Notes: generated by a model from the letters alone, not told the origin. Counted from the stretch's first letter, positions 9,400 to 19,758 are shown. The stretch: DNA of 64,000 bases from an uncultured Gemmatimonadales bacterium (GCA_963809895.1 CAWELD010000003.1:1760001-1824000); one strand, 5' to 3'. Numbers and translations are program-made.

Positions 9400-9793
9400 T
9401 CAGGTGCCGGTCTCGTTGCTGCAGAGGACCACGCCGGCGGCGGTGGCGGGGCTGGCCGCGGCCACGTCGCCGTAGTACAGCCCGCAGGTCACGCTCGTGC
9501 CGCTGTGCGCGGAGGTGGCGTTCCAGCCGTCCGTGGAGGCGGCGCCAGGCGTGATGGTCACGTTCTTGGACTCGGAGAACTCGAGAGCCGGACTTGTCGG
9601 TCGAGTAGACGAAGTTGTCCGCGTAATAGAGCTCTTCCTGCGTGGCCAGGTTCTTCAGGTCCGACTTCATGGCCGAGATGAAGGCCTTCTCACGGGCCTC
9701 GGAGAACTTCGGAATGGCGATGGCCGCCAGGATTCCGATGATCACCACGACGATGAGGAGCTCGATCAGCGTGAAGCCCTTGTTGTTGCGCAT
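9400..9793 (-). CDS. pilA: Major type IVa pilin PilA, with a +1 frameshift at ~9590
   Basis: MRNNKG|FTLIELLIVVVIIGILAAIAIPKF. Removing one base at ~9590 restores ...STDKSALEFSESKNVTITPG...CGLYYG...VVLCSNETGT*, collinear with the paralog at 8881. Own promoter and terminator. Confidence 0.88.
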
Positions 9794-9847
9794 GGATGGG
9801 ACTCCTGTGGAATGGGGTAAGGGGCTGCCGCTCGGCCGGAAGGAAGG

Positions 9848-9862
9848 GCAAGGACGGTTCCA
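9848..9862 (-). promoter_or_regulatory. Sigma-54 promoter of pilA (TGGAACCGTCCTTGC)
   Basis: GG-N10-GC with TTGC -12 element; PilR-type activator encoded nearby. Confidence 0.8.
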
Positions 9863-9880
9863 CATGTGCCACAGCCATCG

Positions 9881-9893
9881 TAATACGTTGATA
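9881..9893 (-). promoter_or_regulatory. IHF-binding site upstream of the pilA sigma-54 promoter
   Basis: TATCAACGTATTA is an exact WATCAANNNNTTR match in an AT-rich patch just upstream of -24. Confidence 0.7.
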
Positions 9894-9978
9894 TACAGTC
9901 ACTTAGAATACCTCTGCCTTCGCGTCCACCGCATCTGCGCCTACCCCCGCGTCTTGGATTCTGCAAGATACGGGAGAT

Positions 9979-11856
9979 TTACAACGCCCCCCCTCCACCG
10001 GGGATCGCGGCCCTGAGGCTGTCCACGGTTCGGCGCTCTTCCGGGCCCGGCGCGCGGGCACGAGCCGAGTCCAGAGCGTCCCTCGCCCCGTCCGGGTCGC
10101 CGGAACGGGCGCGGGCCTGGGCGAGCCAGTACCACTGGAGCCAGGCGTCGCGCTCTCCACGCTGCAGGAGAGCCTCGCGAGCCGCCCGGGCCTCGGGCCA
10201 CCGCCCCTCCTCGCCGAGTGCGGTGGCCAGGAGGTGCCAGGCCGGCACGGACGCGTCATCGGCGCGGATCGCCGCCCGAGCCCACCGCTCGACCTCGGCC
10301 CAGCGCTCCTCCGCGGCAGCCTGCACCGCCAGGAGCAGCGGAGCATCGCGCTGACCCGGATCCAGCTCCCACGCGCGAACCAGGAAGGGCCGTGCGTGAC
10401 GGGGCAGCCCGGCGTCCAGGAGCTTGCGCCCGGACTCGAGGTTGAAGACACGCGACGAGCCCAGAAGCGGGACCGCGGCCCGGTAGGCACGAAGTGCCTC
10501 GGCCTGCCGTCCCTCGCGCAGGAGCAGATCGGCCCTGGCCCAGCGGCTGCGCCCCGACTCGGGAGCCTGGTCCAGCAGGTAGCCGATGAGGGTGGCCTGA
10601 TCCCGCCAGACCGGGACGTAGATCAGGGTCCGTAGCGCGAGCCCGCCTGCGAGCACGAGCGCAATCACGCGGACGCTCGCCCGGGGGCGCCCCCGTCGCG
10701 GCAACAAGGCGGCGGCTCCGACCCCGATGGCGGCGGCGAAGCCCACCGACGGCAGATAGAGCGTGCGCTCGGCCAACAAGACGCCGGCGAGGAACAGGAG
10801 GTTGCTCACCGGAAGGATCGCGGTGGCGAACCAGAGCACCCCGAAGGGCAAACCGGCCAGCGGCGCCCAACGCGCACCCGTGCGCCGCGCCGCGGCCAGG
10901 GCGACTCCCAGGATCGCCAGCACCGCCAGGGCGCCGGCTACCCCTACCGGACTCCAGGTGGTGCGCACCGCGACGACCGCAGGGCTGTAGTCCGGGAGCA
11001 GCCGCGCGGGCCACACGAGGAGACGCAGGTATTCGAGCCACACCGGCGCCATGGTCCAGATGCGGGGAATGTCGGTGAGAAGCGCGGCCCCGAGCGGGGG
11101 CTCGGCGTGGGGTGCGAAGCTGCCCAGGACCCGCCAGCGAGCAAGGAAGAAGGCCACGAGGACCACCGCCATCCCCACGAAGAGCGGGGCCCGCCGCCGG
11201 AGGTAGGGGCGCAAGCCAGCCACGGTCAGGCGCCGGCGCACCGCGTCCACGAGCACGACCAGCGCCGGAAGCACCACCGCCACCTCCTTGGCCAGCAGCC
11301 CCGTGGCGAAGAGCCCCAGGATGGCCAGCGTTCGCGGAGCGTCTGGCGCTGCGTCGCCAGGGGCCGGGTGAGCACCCGGAGTCCGCGCCACCAGAACACA
11401 CGCTCCCAGAACGGGCACCGCCGCCAGGAGCTCGGCCTGCCCCACCACGTTGGCCACCGCCTCCACATGCACCGGGTGAAGGGCGAACACGACGCCGGCC
11501 GCGATCCCCGCCGCCAGGGAGAACAGCTCCGACACCAGCAGGACGACCAGGGCCGACGCCAGGGCGTGCAGAACCAGGTTGGTCAGGTGGAAAATCCAGG
11601 GTGCACCGCCGCCCACCGCCCAGGTCAGGGCCAGCGCCAGCGAGGTCGCCGGTCGCCACAGCCCCAGCTCCCGACCGCTGGACACGGGCCACCACGGGGA
11701 GCCCAGGAGCTCGGGCAGGCGCCTCAGGTCGTGGAGCGCCGGATTGTTCGCCACCACCGTCAGGTCGTCCAGCGCGAAGCCATTGGCCAGGCTCGGAAGG
11801 AACACCACGCCGGCCAACAGGGCCACTGCCAGGGTGGCGCGCCGGAGCGGAGTCAT
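9979..11856 (-). CDS. TMTC-like GT-C glycosyltransferase (protein O-mannosyltransferase family) with C-terminal TPRs
   Basis: FALDD loop, [50 protein letters not shown]; multiple TM helices; TPR-like helical tail. ATGA overlap with the upstream GT2. Confidence 0.85.
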   Translation of the reverse strand: MTPLRRATLAVALLAGVVFLPSLANGFALDDLTVVANNPALHDLRRLPELLGSPWWPVSSGRELGLWRPATSLALALTWAVGGGAPWIFHLTNLVLHALASALVVLLVSELFSLAAGIAAGVVFALHPVHVEAVANVVGQAELLAAVPVLGACVLVARTPGAHPAPGDAAPDAPRTLAILGLFATGLLAKEVAVVLPALVVLVDAVRRRLTVAGLRPYLRRRAPLFVGMAVVLVAFFLARWRVLGSFAPHAEPPLGAALLTDIPRIWTMAPVWLEYLRLLVWPARLLPDYSPAVVAVRTTWSPVGVAGALAVLAILGVALAAARRTGARWAPLAGLPFGVLWFATAILPVSNLLFLAGVLLAERTLYLPSVGFAAAIGVGAAALLPRRGRPRASVRVIALVLAGGLALRTLIYVPVWRDQATLIGYLLDQAPESGRSRWARADLLLREGRQAEALRAYRAAVPLLGSSRVFNLESGRKLLDAGLPRHARPFLVRAWELDPGQRDAPLLLAVQAAAEERWAEVERWARAAIRADDASVPAWHLLATALGEEGRWPEARAAREALLQRGERDAWLQWYWLAQARARSGDPDGARDALDSARARAPGPEERRTVDSLRAAIPGGGGAL

Positions 11857-12707
11857 CCGGCTTCTCGGTCCCCCTCCGTCAACGCCTCGCCGCCGAAGTC
11901 CCGTTCCACGCGCGTCTTCCATGCCGGCTGTTCCGGTGCGGCCCAGCGATCGGCATGTGGGCCCAGGACGTTGTAGCGCAGGATGGACCAGAGCGCCGAC
12001 ACGCCGTCCTTCCAGCCGATCTTCTTTCCCTCGGCGTAGGAGCGGCCGTGATAGCTGATGGGCAGCTCGTAGATGCGGGCGCCGGCCTGCGCCAGCCGTG
12101 CCGTGAGCTCGGGCTCGATCCCGAAGCGGTCCGCCGTCAGCGGGAGCGTCTGGAGCAGCTCACGGCGGACCATCTTGTAGCAGGTCTCCATGTCCGTGAG
12201 GTTCAGGTCGGTGAACATGTTGCTGAGCAGCGTGAGCAGGCGGTTCCCCACGCTGTGCCAGAAGAGGAGCACCCGGTGGGGTCCTCCGAGAAAGCGCGAG
12301 CCGAAGACGGCGTCGGCCTGGCCCTGGAGGATGGGCTCCAGGAGGAGCGGGAGCTCGAGGGGATCGTACTCCAGGTCCGCATCCTGGACCACCACCACGT
12401 CGCCGGTGGCGTGCTGGAATCCCGTCCTCAGCGCAGCGCCCTTGCCGCGATTCCGCTCGTGGAGCACGAGAACGTCGATGAGACCCTCTTCGTCCAGTCC
12501 GGGAAGAAGATCACGCGTGCCGTCGGTGGAGCCGTCGTCCACCACGACGATCTCGACCTGCAGCGGCACCCCGCGCACCCGCTCGAGAAGCGCGCGCACC
12601 GTGCCGATCTCGTTGTAGACCGGCACCACCACGGAAAGGCGCACCACGTCCCAGGGCAGGGACGGATCCACGTCGAGCCGTTCGAAGCGTCGCGGCGAAG
12701 AAGCCAC
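11853..12707 (-). CDS. GT2 glycosyltransferase, dolichol/polyprenol-phosphate mannose synthase-like
   Basis: [60 protein letters not shown]. Confidence 0.93.
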   Translation of the reverse strand: MASSPRRFERLDVDPSLPWDVVRLSVVVPVYNEIGTVRALLERVRGVPLQVEIVVVDDGSTDGTRDLLPGLDEEGLIDVLVLHERNRGKGAALRTGFQHATGDVVVVQDADLEYDPLELPLLLEPILQGQADAVFGSRFLGGPHRVLLFWHSVGNRLLTLLSNMFTDLNLTDMETCYKMVRRELLQTLPLTADRFGIEPELTARLAQAGARIYELPISYHGRSYAEGKKIGWKDGVSALWSILRYNVLGPHADRWAAPEQPAWKTRVERDFGGEALTEGDREAG

Positions 12708-12717
12708 GTGCGCGCCC

Positions 12718-14088
12718 TCAGGCCTCGATGCCGTATCGGTTCAGCTTCCGATACAGCGTCGACGGATCGATGCCCAACACCTCGGCCGCCCGGGTCTTGT
12801 TGCCCCCCTCGGCCTGCAGCACCCACTGGATGTAGGCGCGCTCGATGACCTCCATAGACGGATTCGGCGGTGGCGCCTCGGAGATCAGTCGCGGTGTGGG
12901 GGCCTCCCGGACGCGCTCCGGGAGATGACCCGGCTCGATGGTCTTGCCGCCGGCCACCACCGCGGCCCGCTCCAGCGCGTTCTCCAGCTCCCGCACATTG
13001 CCCGGCCAGTCGTACTCGCCCAGCACTTCGAGGGTGTCCTCACTGAGCTCGGGCGCGGCCTCTTCGCCACTCTCCGCCGCCAGCTTGGCCAGGAAGTGGC
13101 GCGCCAGCAGAGGGATGTCGTCGCGACGGTCCCGCAGGGGAGGCAGATGCAGCGCGATGACGTTCAGGCGGTAGTAGAGATCGCTGCGGAAGTTGCCGCG
13201 CCGGATCTCGTCCTCCAGGTCGCGGTTGGTGGCCGCCACGAGGCGCACGTCCACCGAGACCGGCTCGGTCGCGCCCACCGGGATCACCTCGCGCTCCTGG
13301 AGCGCCCGCAGGAGCTTGACCTGGGTCGCCGGGCTCATCTCGCCGATCTCGTCCAGAAAGAGCGTCCCGCCGTGGGCGGCCTCCAGAAGGCCGGTCTTGT
13401 CCCGGACGGCGCCCGTAAAGGACCCCTTCACATGGCCGAACAGCTCGCTCTCCAGAAGGCTCTCGGGCAGGGCGCCGCAGTTGATGGAGTTGAAGGCGCG
13501 CTCCGAGCGCTCGGACAGCGCATGCAGGTAGCGCGCGACGACCTCCTTTCCGGTGCCGCTCTCACCGCTGATGAGGACGGTGGAATCGGTAGGAGCCACC
13601 GTCTCCGTGAGTTTGAGCACGTCGGTGAAGCTCCGCGCCTTGCCGATGGGCCGCTCGGCGGCACGCCGGTCCCGGCGACGGATCTCCTTCTTGAGCGCCT
13701 TGTTCTCCACCTTGAGCTCACGAGCCTCCGCGGCACGCCGGCAGATGGCCAGGAGCTCGTCGTTGGCGAAGGGCTTCTGGAGGTAGTAGTAGGCCCCTTC
13801 GTTCACGGCCCGCACCGCCGATTGCAGCGACGCCTGTGCGGTCATGAGAATGACCGCCATCTCGGGATCCACTTCGCGCGCCCGGGCCAGAAGCTCGAGG
13901 CCTGAGGTCCCGGGCATGCGGATGTCGGTGAGGATGATGTCCGGGCGATCCCCCTCCAGCAGCGCCAGGGCTTCCTTGCCCGACAACGCCGCCGACACGT
14001 CGTAGCCCTCGCCCTTGAACAGGATCTTGAGGGAATCGAGAATCCCCGTCTCGTCGTCCACAAGGAGAATCTTCACTCGCTCGCTCAC
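12718..14088 (-). CDS. pilR: Sigma-54-dependent response regulator, PilR-like
   Basis: [45 protein letters not shown] overlap with the pilS-like kinase, upstream of pilA. Confidence 0.85.
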   Translation of the reverse strand: MSERVKILLVDDETGILDSLKILFKGEGYDVSAALSGKEALALLEGDRPDIILTDIRMPGTSGLELLARAREVDPEMAVILMTAQASLQSAVRAVNEGAYYYLQKPFANDELLAICRRAAEARELKVENKALKKEIRRRDRRAAERPIGKARSFTDVLKLTETVAPTDSTVLISGESGTGKEVVARYLHALSERSERAFNSINCGALPESLLESELFGHVKGSFTGAVRDKTGLLEAAHGGTLFLDEIGEMSPATQVKLLRALQEREVIPVGATEPVSVDVRLVAATNRDLEDEIRRGNFRSDLYYRLNVIALHLPPLRDRRDDIPLLARHFLAKLAAESGEEAAPELSEDTLEVLGEYDWPGNVRELENALERAAVVAGGKTIEPGHLPERVREAPTPRLISEAPPPNPSMEVIERAYIQWVLQAEGGNKTRAAEVLGIDPSTLYRKLNRYGIEA

Positions 14089-15746
14089 GTCGCCACGGCC
14101 CCACCCCGGACCGGATCGCCGGGAAGAAAGAGAATGAACTCGGCTCCACCACCCGGGGCGTCCTCCACCAGCAGCGCGCCCTGGTGGGCCTCCACCGCGC
14201 GGTGCACCACCGCCAGCCCCAACCCGCTCCCACCCTTTCTGGTGGTAAAGAAGGGCTGGAATATGCGCTCCACCTCGCCCGCGGGCACCCCTGGTCCCGC
14301 ATCGCGCACCCGCAAGCACACCGGGTTCGCCATGGAAACCGGGAGCCGCTCCTCGCCCCGGAGATCCTGCAGCTCCACCTCGACCATCCCCCCCGGATCC
14401 GAGAACTGGATCGCGTTCAGCACCATGTTGAACACGGCGCGGTGCAGGAGGTCGGCGTCACCCGGAAGGCGAGGGGACACCTCGGGTCCGATGACGCTCA
14501 CCTCCACCCCGTCTTTGGCATCCGGATGGTGTCGGGCCACGCTCACCGCCCCCCGCACCACCTCGCCGAAGTCCACGCTCTCGCTCCGTCCCATGCGCAG
14601 TCCCGAGAACTCCAGGAACTCGCTCAGCAGGCGGGACAGACGGTCCGACTCGGCCAGGACCAGGTGCTCCAGGGTGGCCCGATCGCCGTCGTCCAGATTC
14701 TTGTGCGTGAGCTGCTCCACCGCGCTCCGAATCGACGCCAGCGGGTTCTTGATCTCGTGGGCCAGCGAGGCGCTGAGCTCGGCCACCGCCTCCAGGCGGT
14801 CGTTGCGGCGGTTCAGGAGCTCGAGCCGCTCCTCCCGGGTGATGTCCTGGAAGATGGCGGTGGCAGAGGGGGCTTCGTCGCCCTGTCGGTCCAGGATGGT
14901 GGTGCTGATCCCCAGCGTGACGTCCTCGCCCTCGCGCCGTGCGGTGGCCTTGGCACGGGCCAGCGGTACGCGGTCCTCCACGGACTTCCGGAGCACGGTA
15001 CCCATCCCCGGCGCGACCTCCTCCAGCACCCCCACCACCGGGGCGCCGATCCACTGCCCGCGGTCCAGTCCGAGGAGCAGGGCGCCGGCGGGATTCAGAT
15101 ACGCCAGACGTCCGCTGCCGTCCACGGTGAGCACGCCGGTCTGAAGGCTGTCCAGGATGTCCGAGGTGTCGAGCCGGAGCTGCTCGAGCTCCGACTCCAC
15201 GGCTCCCAGCCGCATGCCGGTGCGCCGGAAGCGATCGCCCAGGACACCCGTGACGGTGGCCACCAGGGCGAACAGCCCGATCTGGAGTGCCACCTGCCCG
15301 CCGTTGATGGCTCCCGCGTGCAGCCAGACGATGTCGGCGAAATAGAGGACGATGGCCAGCGCGCCCATGAAGACCCCGCCCGGAAGGGGCAGGAGGAGCG
15401 CGCCCTCGGCGATGACCAGGATGTAGAGGGGCGCGAAATCGCTGGCCGCACCCCCGGTGATGTGGACGATGGCGGTGACCATGACCGCGTCCATGACCAC
15501 CTGTCCGTACAGGAAGGCCCTGCCGGGCTCCATCCCCCGAACGTGCGTCCACCAGAAGGATGCCGCGGTGGCGGTGACCCCCACCAGGAAGACCACGAGC
15601 GCGACCAGCGTCTGCGCCTGATCTCCGCGCAGGACGAGCTCGGGGGATTCCCGGCCGGCGAAGAAGGCGCCGAGCAGGATCCCGGATACCAGCGTGACCC
15701 GACCCAGGTAGAGCCAGCGCAGAAGCTCACTTCGGGCCAGGACCAA
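14085..15746 (-). CDS. pilS: Sensor histidine kinase, PilS-like (multi-TM, PAS, HisKA, HATPase)
   Basis: WLYLGRV N-terminus, VHITGG..SDF..LY PilS-type membrane motif, PAS, AHEIKNPL, GSGLGL. Confidence 0.85.
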   Translation of the reverse strand: MVLARSELLRWLYLGRVTLVSGILLGAFFAGRESPELVLRGDQAQTLVALVVFLVGVTATAASFWWTHVRGMEPGRAFLYGQVVMDAVMVTAIVHITGGAASDFAPLYILVIAEGALLLPLPGGVFMGALAIVLYFADIVWLHAGAINGGQVALQIGLFALVATVTGVLGDRFRRTGMRLGAVESELEQLRLDTSDILDSLQTGVLTVDGSGRLAYLNPAGALLLGLDRGQWIGAPVVGVLEEVAPGMGTVLRKSVEDRVPLARAKATARREGEDVTLGISTTILDRQGDEAPSATAIFQDITREERLELLNRRNDRLEAVAELSASLAHEIKNPLASIRSAVEQLTHKNLDDGDRATLEHLVLAESDRLSRLLSEFLEFSGLRMGRSESVDFGEVVRGAVSVARHHPDAKDGVEVSVIGPEVSPRLPGDADLLHRAVFNMVLNAIQFSDPGGMVEVELQDLRGEERLPVSMANPVCLRVRDAGPGVPAGEVERIFQPFFTTRKGGSGLGLAVVHRAVEAHQGALLVEDAPGGGAEFILFLPGDPVRGGAVAT

Positions 15747-15809
15747 CGACCCGGCCGCAGGCGCACGAGCCAGAGGGACCTCCTGAGGGGACGGATTCAG
15801 AACCGAGCT

Positions 15810-15838
15810 ACAGTATCCGCGACCTCCCGCAGGTGCAA
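15810..15838 (-). promoter_or_regulatory. Putative sigma-70 promoter for pilS-pilR (TTGCAC-N17-TACTGT)
   Basis: Good hexamers with 17-bp spacing, ~65 bp upstream of the pilS start. Confidence 0.55.
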
Positions 15839-15887
15839 CGACCTGAGGGAGAGCCCCACGAGCAGATGGAGGGTGGCCCCGGGGGTG

Positions 15888-16673
15888 CTAGCGTCGGGCG
15901 ACGGGCACCTGAAGGACCTGGCCCGCATAGATGCGGCTTCCCCTGAGGTCGTTCCGGTCCCGGAGGTCGTCCACGGAGATTCCGTACGCGCGAGCGATGG
16001 TCCACAGGGAATCCCCACGGCGCACCTCGTACTCCACGTCGTCGGCGGCCTGCACACTCTGCTCGGCCGAGCGTGTGTCGTCGGCGCTGGCTCGCCGATC
16101 CACGTAGTCGGCGTACTCCTGGGTGAAGAGCGCCACGTGGTAGTGGGGAGGGTAGTGCTCGCGGGTGGCCTCGAGCAGGTCCGAGCCCTCCAGGTCCAGC
16201 AGCACCGACTCGAGCCATCTCCGGCAGGAGGCTTTGCTGCTGCGCCGCAGGTCCATGGCCATGCCCGTGGGATGGACCGAACGCGACGAAGCGTTGGCGG
16301 GCTGACGGTTCTCGGGGCGCGTCAGCGAGGTGATGACCAGCTTCTCTCCACACGCCGCCCGGTACTGTGAGGCCAGCCGGCGGGCGAAGAGGGCCACCTC
16401 CGGGCGGGCGTAGGGAAAGGACACGTCATGGAGCTCGAAGTCGGCGTTTCCACGGACCGGGACCAGATAGCCCGCGTCCACGAACCTGCGCACCTGCGAC
16501 GCCGTGCGAATGAACGTGTAGTCGTGCGCGTGCGCCATCCTGTTCTGGATGTCCATGGACGCCGGAGAGCCCCTCAGGCTCTGTGCGCTCAGCGGCGGGA
16601 CGAATCCGAAACCGGACGCGACGAGGAGGGCCAGGAAGACGGCCAGGCGAACACGGTTCGGCACGTGCTTCAT
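15888..16673 (-). CDS. Secreted DUF5715-like (M15/LAS-type Zn peptidase motif) protein with C-terminal LysM
   Basis: Signal peptide; ITSLTR, SVHPTGMAMD (H-x6-D), PPHYHV (HxH); LysM YEVRRGDSLWTIARAYGISVDDLRDRN. Confidence 0.8.
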   Translation of the reverse strand: MKHVPNRVRLAVFLALLVASGFGFVPPLSAQSLRGSPASMDIQNRMAHAHDYTFIRTASQVRRFVDAGYLVPVRGNADFELHDVSFPYARPEVALFARRLASQYRAACGEKLVITSLTRPENRQPANASSRSVHPTGMAMDLRRSSKASCRRWLESVLLDLEGSDLLEATREHYPPHYHVALFTQEYADYVDRRASADDTRSAEQSVQAADDVEYEVRRGDSLWTIARAYGISVDDLRDRNDLRGSRIYAGQVLQVPVARR

Positions 16674-16894
16674 GACGATCGGGTCAGCTGGAGGGTGCGC
16701 GCTCGGGCCGGGACAGCCTCCCGGCCCCTGTCATGAAATACGTAAACATCTGTCGCCCGACGCACAAGCACTTTATGGCAACCTCGATCCACCCACCCCG
16801 GAGCGGGGCGGCCGACGGGGGGTGGACCCGGACGGCCCACCCCCGCGGATCTCGGCATCGGGGACGCCCCTTTTCATGAGCGCGCCGTCGCGGA

Positions 16895-17533
16895 TCAGGT
16901 CGTGTGGACCCAGCCGTCCTTCGCCGCCGCGTAGCGGCTCGCCACACGATCCCAGTTGATGACGTTCCAGATCGCCTGGAGATAGTCGGGCCGCCGGTTC
17001 TGATAGTTCAGATAGTAGGCGTGCTCCCAGACGTCGACGCCCAGAACCGGCGTGTAGCCGTTCATCAGCGGGCTGTCCTGATTGGCCGTGGCCATGATCT
17101 CCAGGGCACCGAAGGGAGAGACCGCGAGCCAGCCCCAACCGGAGCCGAACTGACCCCCGGCCGCGGCGGAGAACTTCTGCTTGAAGCTGTCGAAGGAGCC
17201 GAACGCAGCGTTCACGGCCTGGGCCAGGTCGCCGCCCGGGGCACCGGCGCCGCCCGGGGTGAGGACGTCCCAGAAGAGGCTGTGGTTGTGGTAGCCACCG
17301 CCGTTGTTGCGGACGGCACCACGGATGTCCGACGGAAGACCGTCGATGCCACGCAGAAGCTGCTCGGCGGAGTAGCCGTGGAATCCAGCGTGTCCCTCCA
17401 GGGCCGCGTTGAGCTTCTTGGTGTAGCCCGCATGGTGCTTGTCGTGGTGAATCTCCATGGTGCGAGCGTCGATATGCGGCTCGAGGGCGTCGAAGGCGAA
17501 GCCCAGTTCAGGGAGCTCGAAGGGATAGGGCAT
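16895..17533 (-). CDS. sodA: Fe/Mn superoxide dismutase
   Basis: [40 protein letters not shown] and NQD point to the Mn type. Confidence 0.95.
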   Translation of the reverse strand: MPYPFELPELGFAFDALEPHIDARTMEIHHDKHHAGYTKKLNAALEGHAGFHGYSAEQLLRGIDGLPSDIRGAVRNNGGGYHNHSLFWDVLTPGGAGAPGGDLAQAVNAAFGSFDSFKQKFSAAAGGQFGSGWGWLAVSPFGALEIMATANQDSPLMNGYTPVLGVDVWEHAYYLNYQNRRPDYLQAIWNVINWDRVASRYAAAKDGWVHTT

Positions 17534-17647
17534 GCGCGTTCCTCCCGGTTCTTGAGATTGCGGTGATCGGGTCGAGGTCCAGACTTTTGAGGACCCCGGG
17601 GCTCCGTCACGGTTCCGCCGGACGGCGACAATGCATAGTCTGATTCC

Positions 17648-18910
17648 ATGTCCGCCTCGCCGAGCCCGCCCCGTCGTGTCCTGCTCGTGGATTGCGACGC
17701 GTTCTTCGTCCAGGTCGCGCGCCTGGAAGACCCCGAGGGCGCCGGTCGGGAACCGCTCCTCATCGTGGGCGGCTCGCCCACCGGCCGCGGCGTCGTCACC
17801 TCGGCATCCTACGAGTGCCGCAGCTACGGCGTGCGCTCCGCCATGCCCACGGCGCAGGCGCTCCGGCTGTGCCCCGCAGCCAAGGTCGTGCCGGTGCCCC
17901 GTGGGGCCTGCAGCGCCCGCAGCCGCGACGTGCGGGCCGCGCTGGAGGAGCTGGCGCCGGTGGTGCAGGCCGCTTCCATCGACGAGTTCTACCTGGACCT
18001 GAGCGGCACCGAGCGTCTCTTCGGCCACGAGACGCTGGCCGAGACGGGCTGGCGCCTCCGCACCGTCGTCCAGGAGAGGAGCGGGATCAGCGTGTCCGTG
18101 GGCGGAGGAACGAACCGACTCGTCGCCAAGCTCGCCGTCTCGCGCGCCAAGCCGGCCGGAGTGTACATCGTCGCCCCCGGCGAGGAGGCCGCCTTCGTGC
18201 GTACGCTGGAGCTACGTGATCTGCCCGGCGTGGGTCCCGCCTTGCTGCGCACGTTGGAGGACAAGGGCCTGCGCACGGTGGAGGAGGCGTTGGCGGTGGA
18301 TGTCGAGTGGCTGGAGCGCTGGTTGGGTGAAGGCCGGGCGCGCTGGCTGTCAGCGCGCATGCGAGGCCGTGACGAGACGCCCGTGGACACGTCGGATCCG
18401 CGCAAATCGGTGAGCACCGAGCGCACCTTCGCCACCGACCTGTACCAGGACGAGCGCCTGGAGCGGGAGCTGCTCCGGCTGGTGGTGTCCGTGGCGGGAG
18501 CATTACGCGGCAAGGGTCTTCGGGCCCGGACCCTCACCGTGAAGCTGCGAGACGCCGACTTCACCACGCGCCAACGGGCGCGCAGCTTTCCCGAGGCGGT
18601 GGAGTCCGAGGCCGCGCTGTTCCCGGAGGCCCGGATCCTGATGCGAGAGCTTCGCGCCAAACGCCGGGGCGGCGTCCGTCTCCTGGGCGTTGCGCTCACC
18701 AACCTGGTGGACCGCGAGGCCCCCCGGCAGCTCCCGCTCTTCGAAGAGGCGGGACGCAGCGAGACCGAGCGCGACCGCACCGTCGCCCGGCTGGCGGATC
18801 GTGTCCGCAAGCGCTACGGTCGCGATGCCCTCCTCCCCGGCCGGATCATCCCGCGGGAGCCGTATCGTGAGCCCGGGGACGAGGCCGACGACGAGCCTTC
18901 GGACGAGTAG
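17648..18910 (+). CDS. dinB: DNA polymerase IV (Y family)
   Basis: [40 protein letters not shown]. Confidence 0.95.
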   Translation: MSASPSPPRRVLLVDCDAFFVQVARLEDPEGAGREPLLIVGGSPTGRGVVTSASYECRSYGVRSAMPTAQALRLCPAAKVVPVPRGACSARSRDVRAALEELAPVVQAASIDEFYLDLSGTERLFGHETLAETGWRLRTVVQERSGISVSVGGGTNRLVAKLAVSRAKPAGVYIVAPGEEAAFVRTLELRDLPGVGPALLRTLEDKGLRTVEEALAVDVEWLERWLGEGRARWLSARMRGRDETPVDTSDPRKSVSTERTFATDLYQDERLERELLRLVVSVAGALRGKGLRARTLTVKLRDADFTTRQRARSFPEAVESEAALFPEARILMRELRAKRRGGVRLLGVALTNLVDREAPRQLPLFEEAGRSETERDRTVARLADRVRKRYGRDALLPGRIIPREPYREPGDEADDEPSDE

Positions 18911-18916
18911 AGTCCC

Positions 18917-19741
18917 ATGCAGGAGTCCCCACGCACCGACCGCGTCTCCATCGACTGGCGGTGTCCGAAGCCGCTCGTGGGCATGGTGCACCTCCTCCCG
19001 CTGCCCGGCGCCCCCGGATGGACCGGAGACCTGGAGACGGTCCTGCGCAGGGCCCGCGACGACGCCCACATCCTGGTGGAAGGGGGGCTGGACGGCCTCC
19101 TGGTGGAGAACTTCCTGGACGCGCCCTTCCACCCCGATGCCGTGCCGCCGGAGACCGTGGCCGCCCTCACCCGTGCGGTGCTCGAGGTCCGCGAAGTGGC
19201 TCCGAGCATTCCCGTGGGTGTCAACGTGCTCAGGAACGACGCCCGGGGGGCGCTGGCGGTGGCGGCGGCCACGGGGGCCGCCTTCGTGCGCGTGAACGTG
19301 CACACCGGGACCATGTGGGCGGATCAGGGGCCGCTGGTGGGACGGGCCCACGAGACGCTTCGCATCCGATCGGCGCTTCGGTTGTCCTGCGCGGTGTGGG
19401 CCGACGTGCACGTGAAGCACGCCACTCCGGTTCCGGGATCGACGTTGGAGGACGCGGCGCGAGACACCTGGGAGCGGGGGCTGGCCGACGCCCTCGTCAT
19501 CTCCGGCATGCGTACCGGTGAGGCCACGGAGCCGGAGCGGGTGGCGGCGGTGCGGGGGGTCGTGCCCGACGCCACGGTCTGGGTGGGCAGCGGGGCCACC
19601 CCCGAGACGGTGGCCGCGCTCATGGTCGTGGCCGACGGCATCATCGTGGGCTCGGCGCTGGAGCGCGGAGGCCGGGCCGGTTCCGGCGTGGATCCCACCC
19701 GGGTCGCCCGCTTCGTGGCGGCTGCCGACGCCGCCCGCTGA
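18917..19741 (+). CDS. BtpA/SgcQ family TIM-barrel protein
   Basis: GMVHLLPLPGAP, VENFLDAPF, GVNVLRND, ADVHVKHA, ADGIIVGS. Confidence 0.92.
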   Translation: MQESPRTDRVSIDWRCPKPLVGMVHLLPLPGAPGWTGDLETVLRRARDDAHILVEGGLDGLLVENFLDAPFHPDAVPPETVAALTRAVLEVREVAPSIPVGVNVLRNDARGALAVAAATGAAFVRVNVHTGTMWADQGPLVGRAHETLRIRSALRLSCAVWADVHVKHATPVPGSTLEDAARDTWERGLADALVISGMRTGEATEPERVAAVRGVVPDATVWVGSGATPETVAALMVVADGIIVGSALERGGRAGSGVDPTRVARFVAAADAAR

Positions 19742-19758
19742 CCGGGGCGGCGCCGACC

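Noticed and set aside
9389..9590. Arg-rich C-terminus of the pilin as given in the ORF track
   Set aside because: Product of the frameshift; the alternative frame matches the paralogous pilin including both cysteines.
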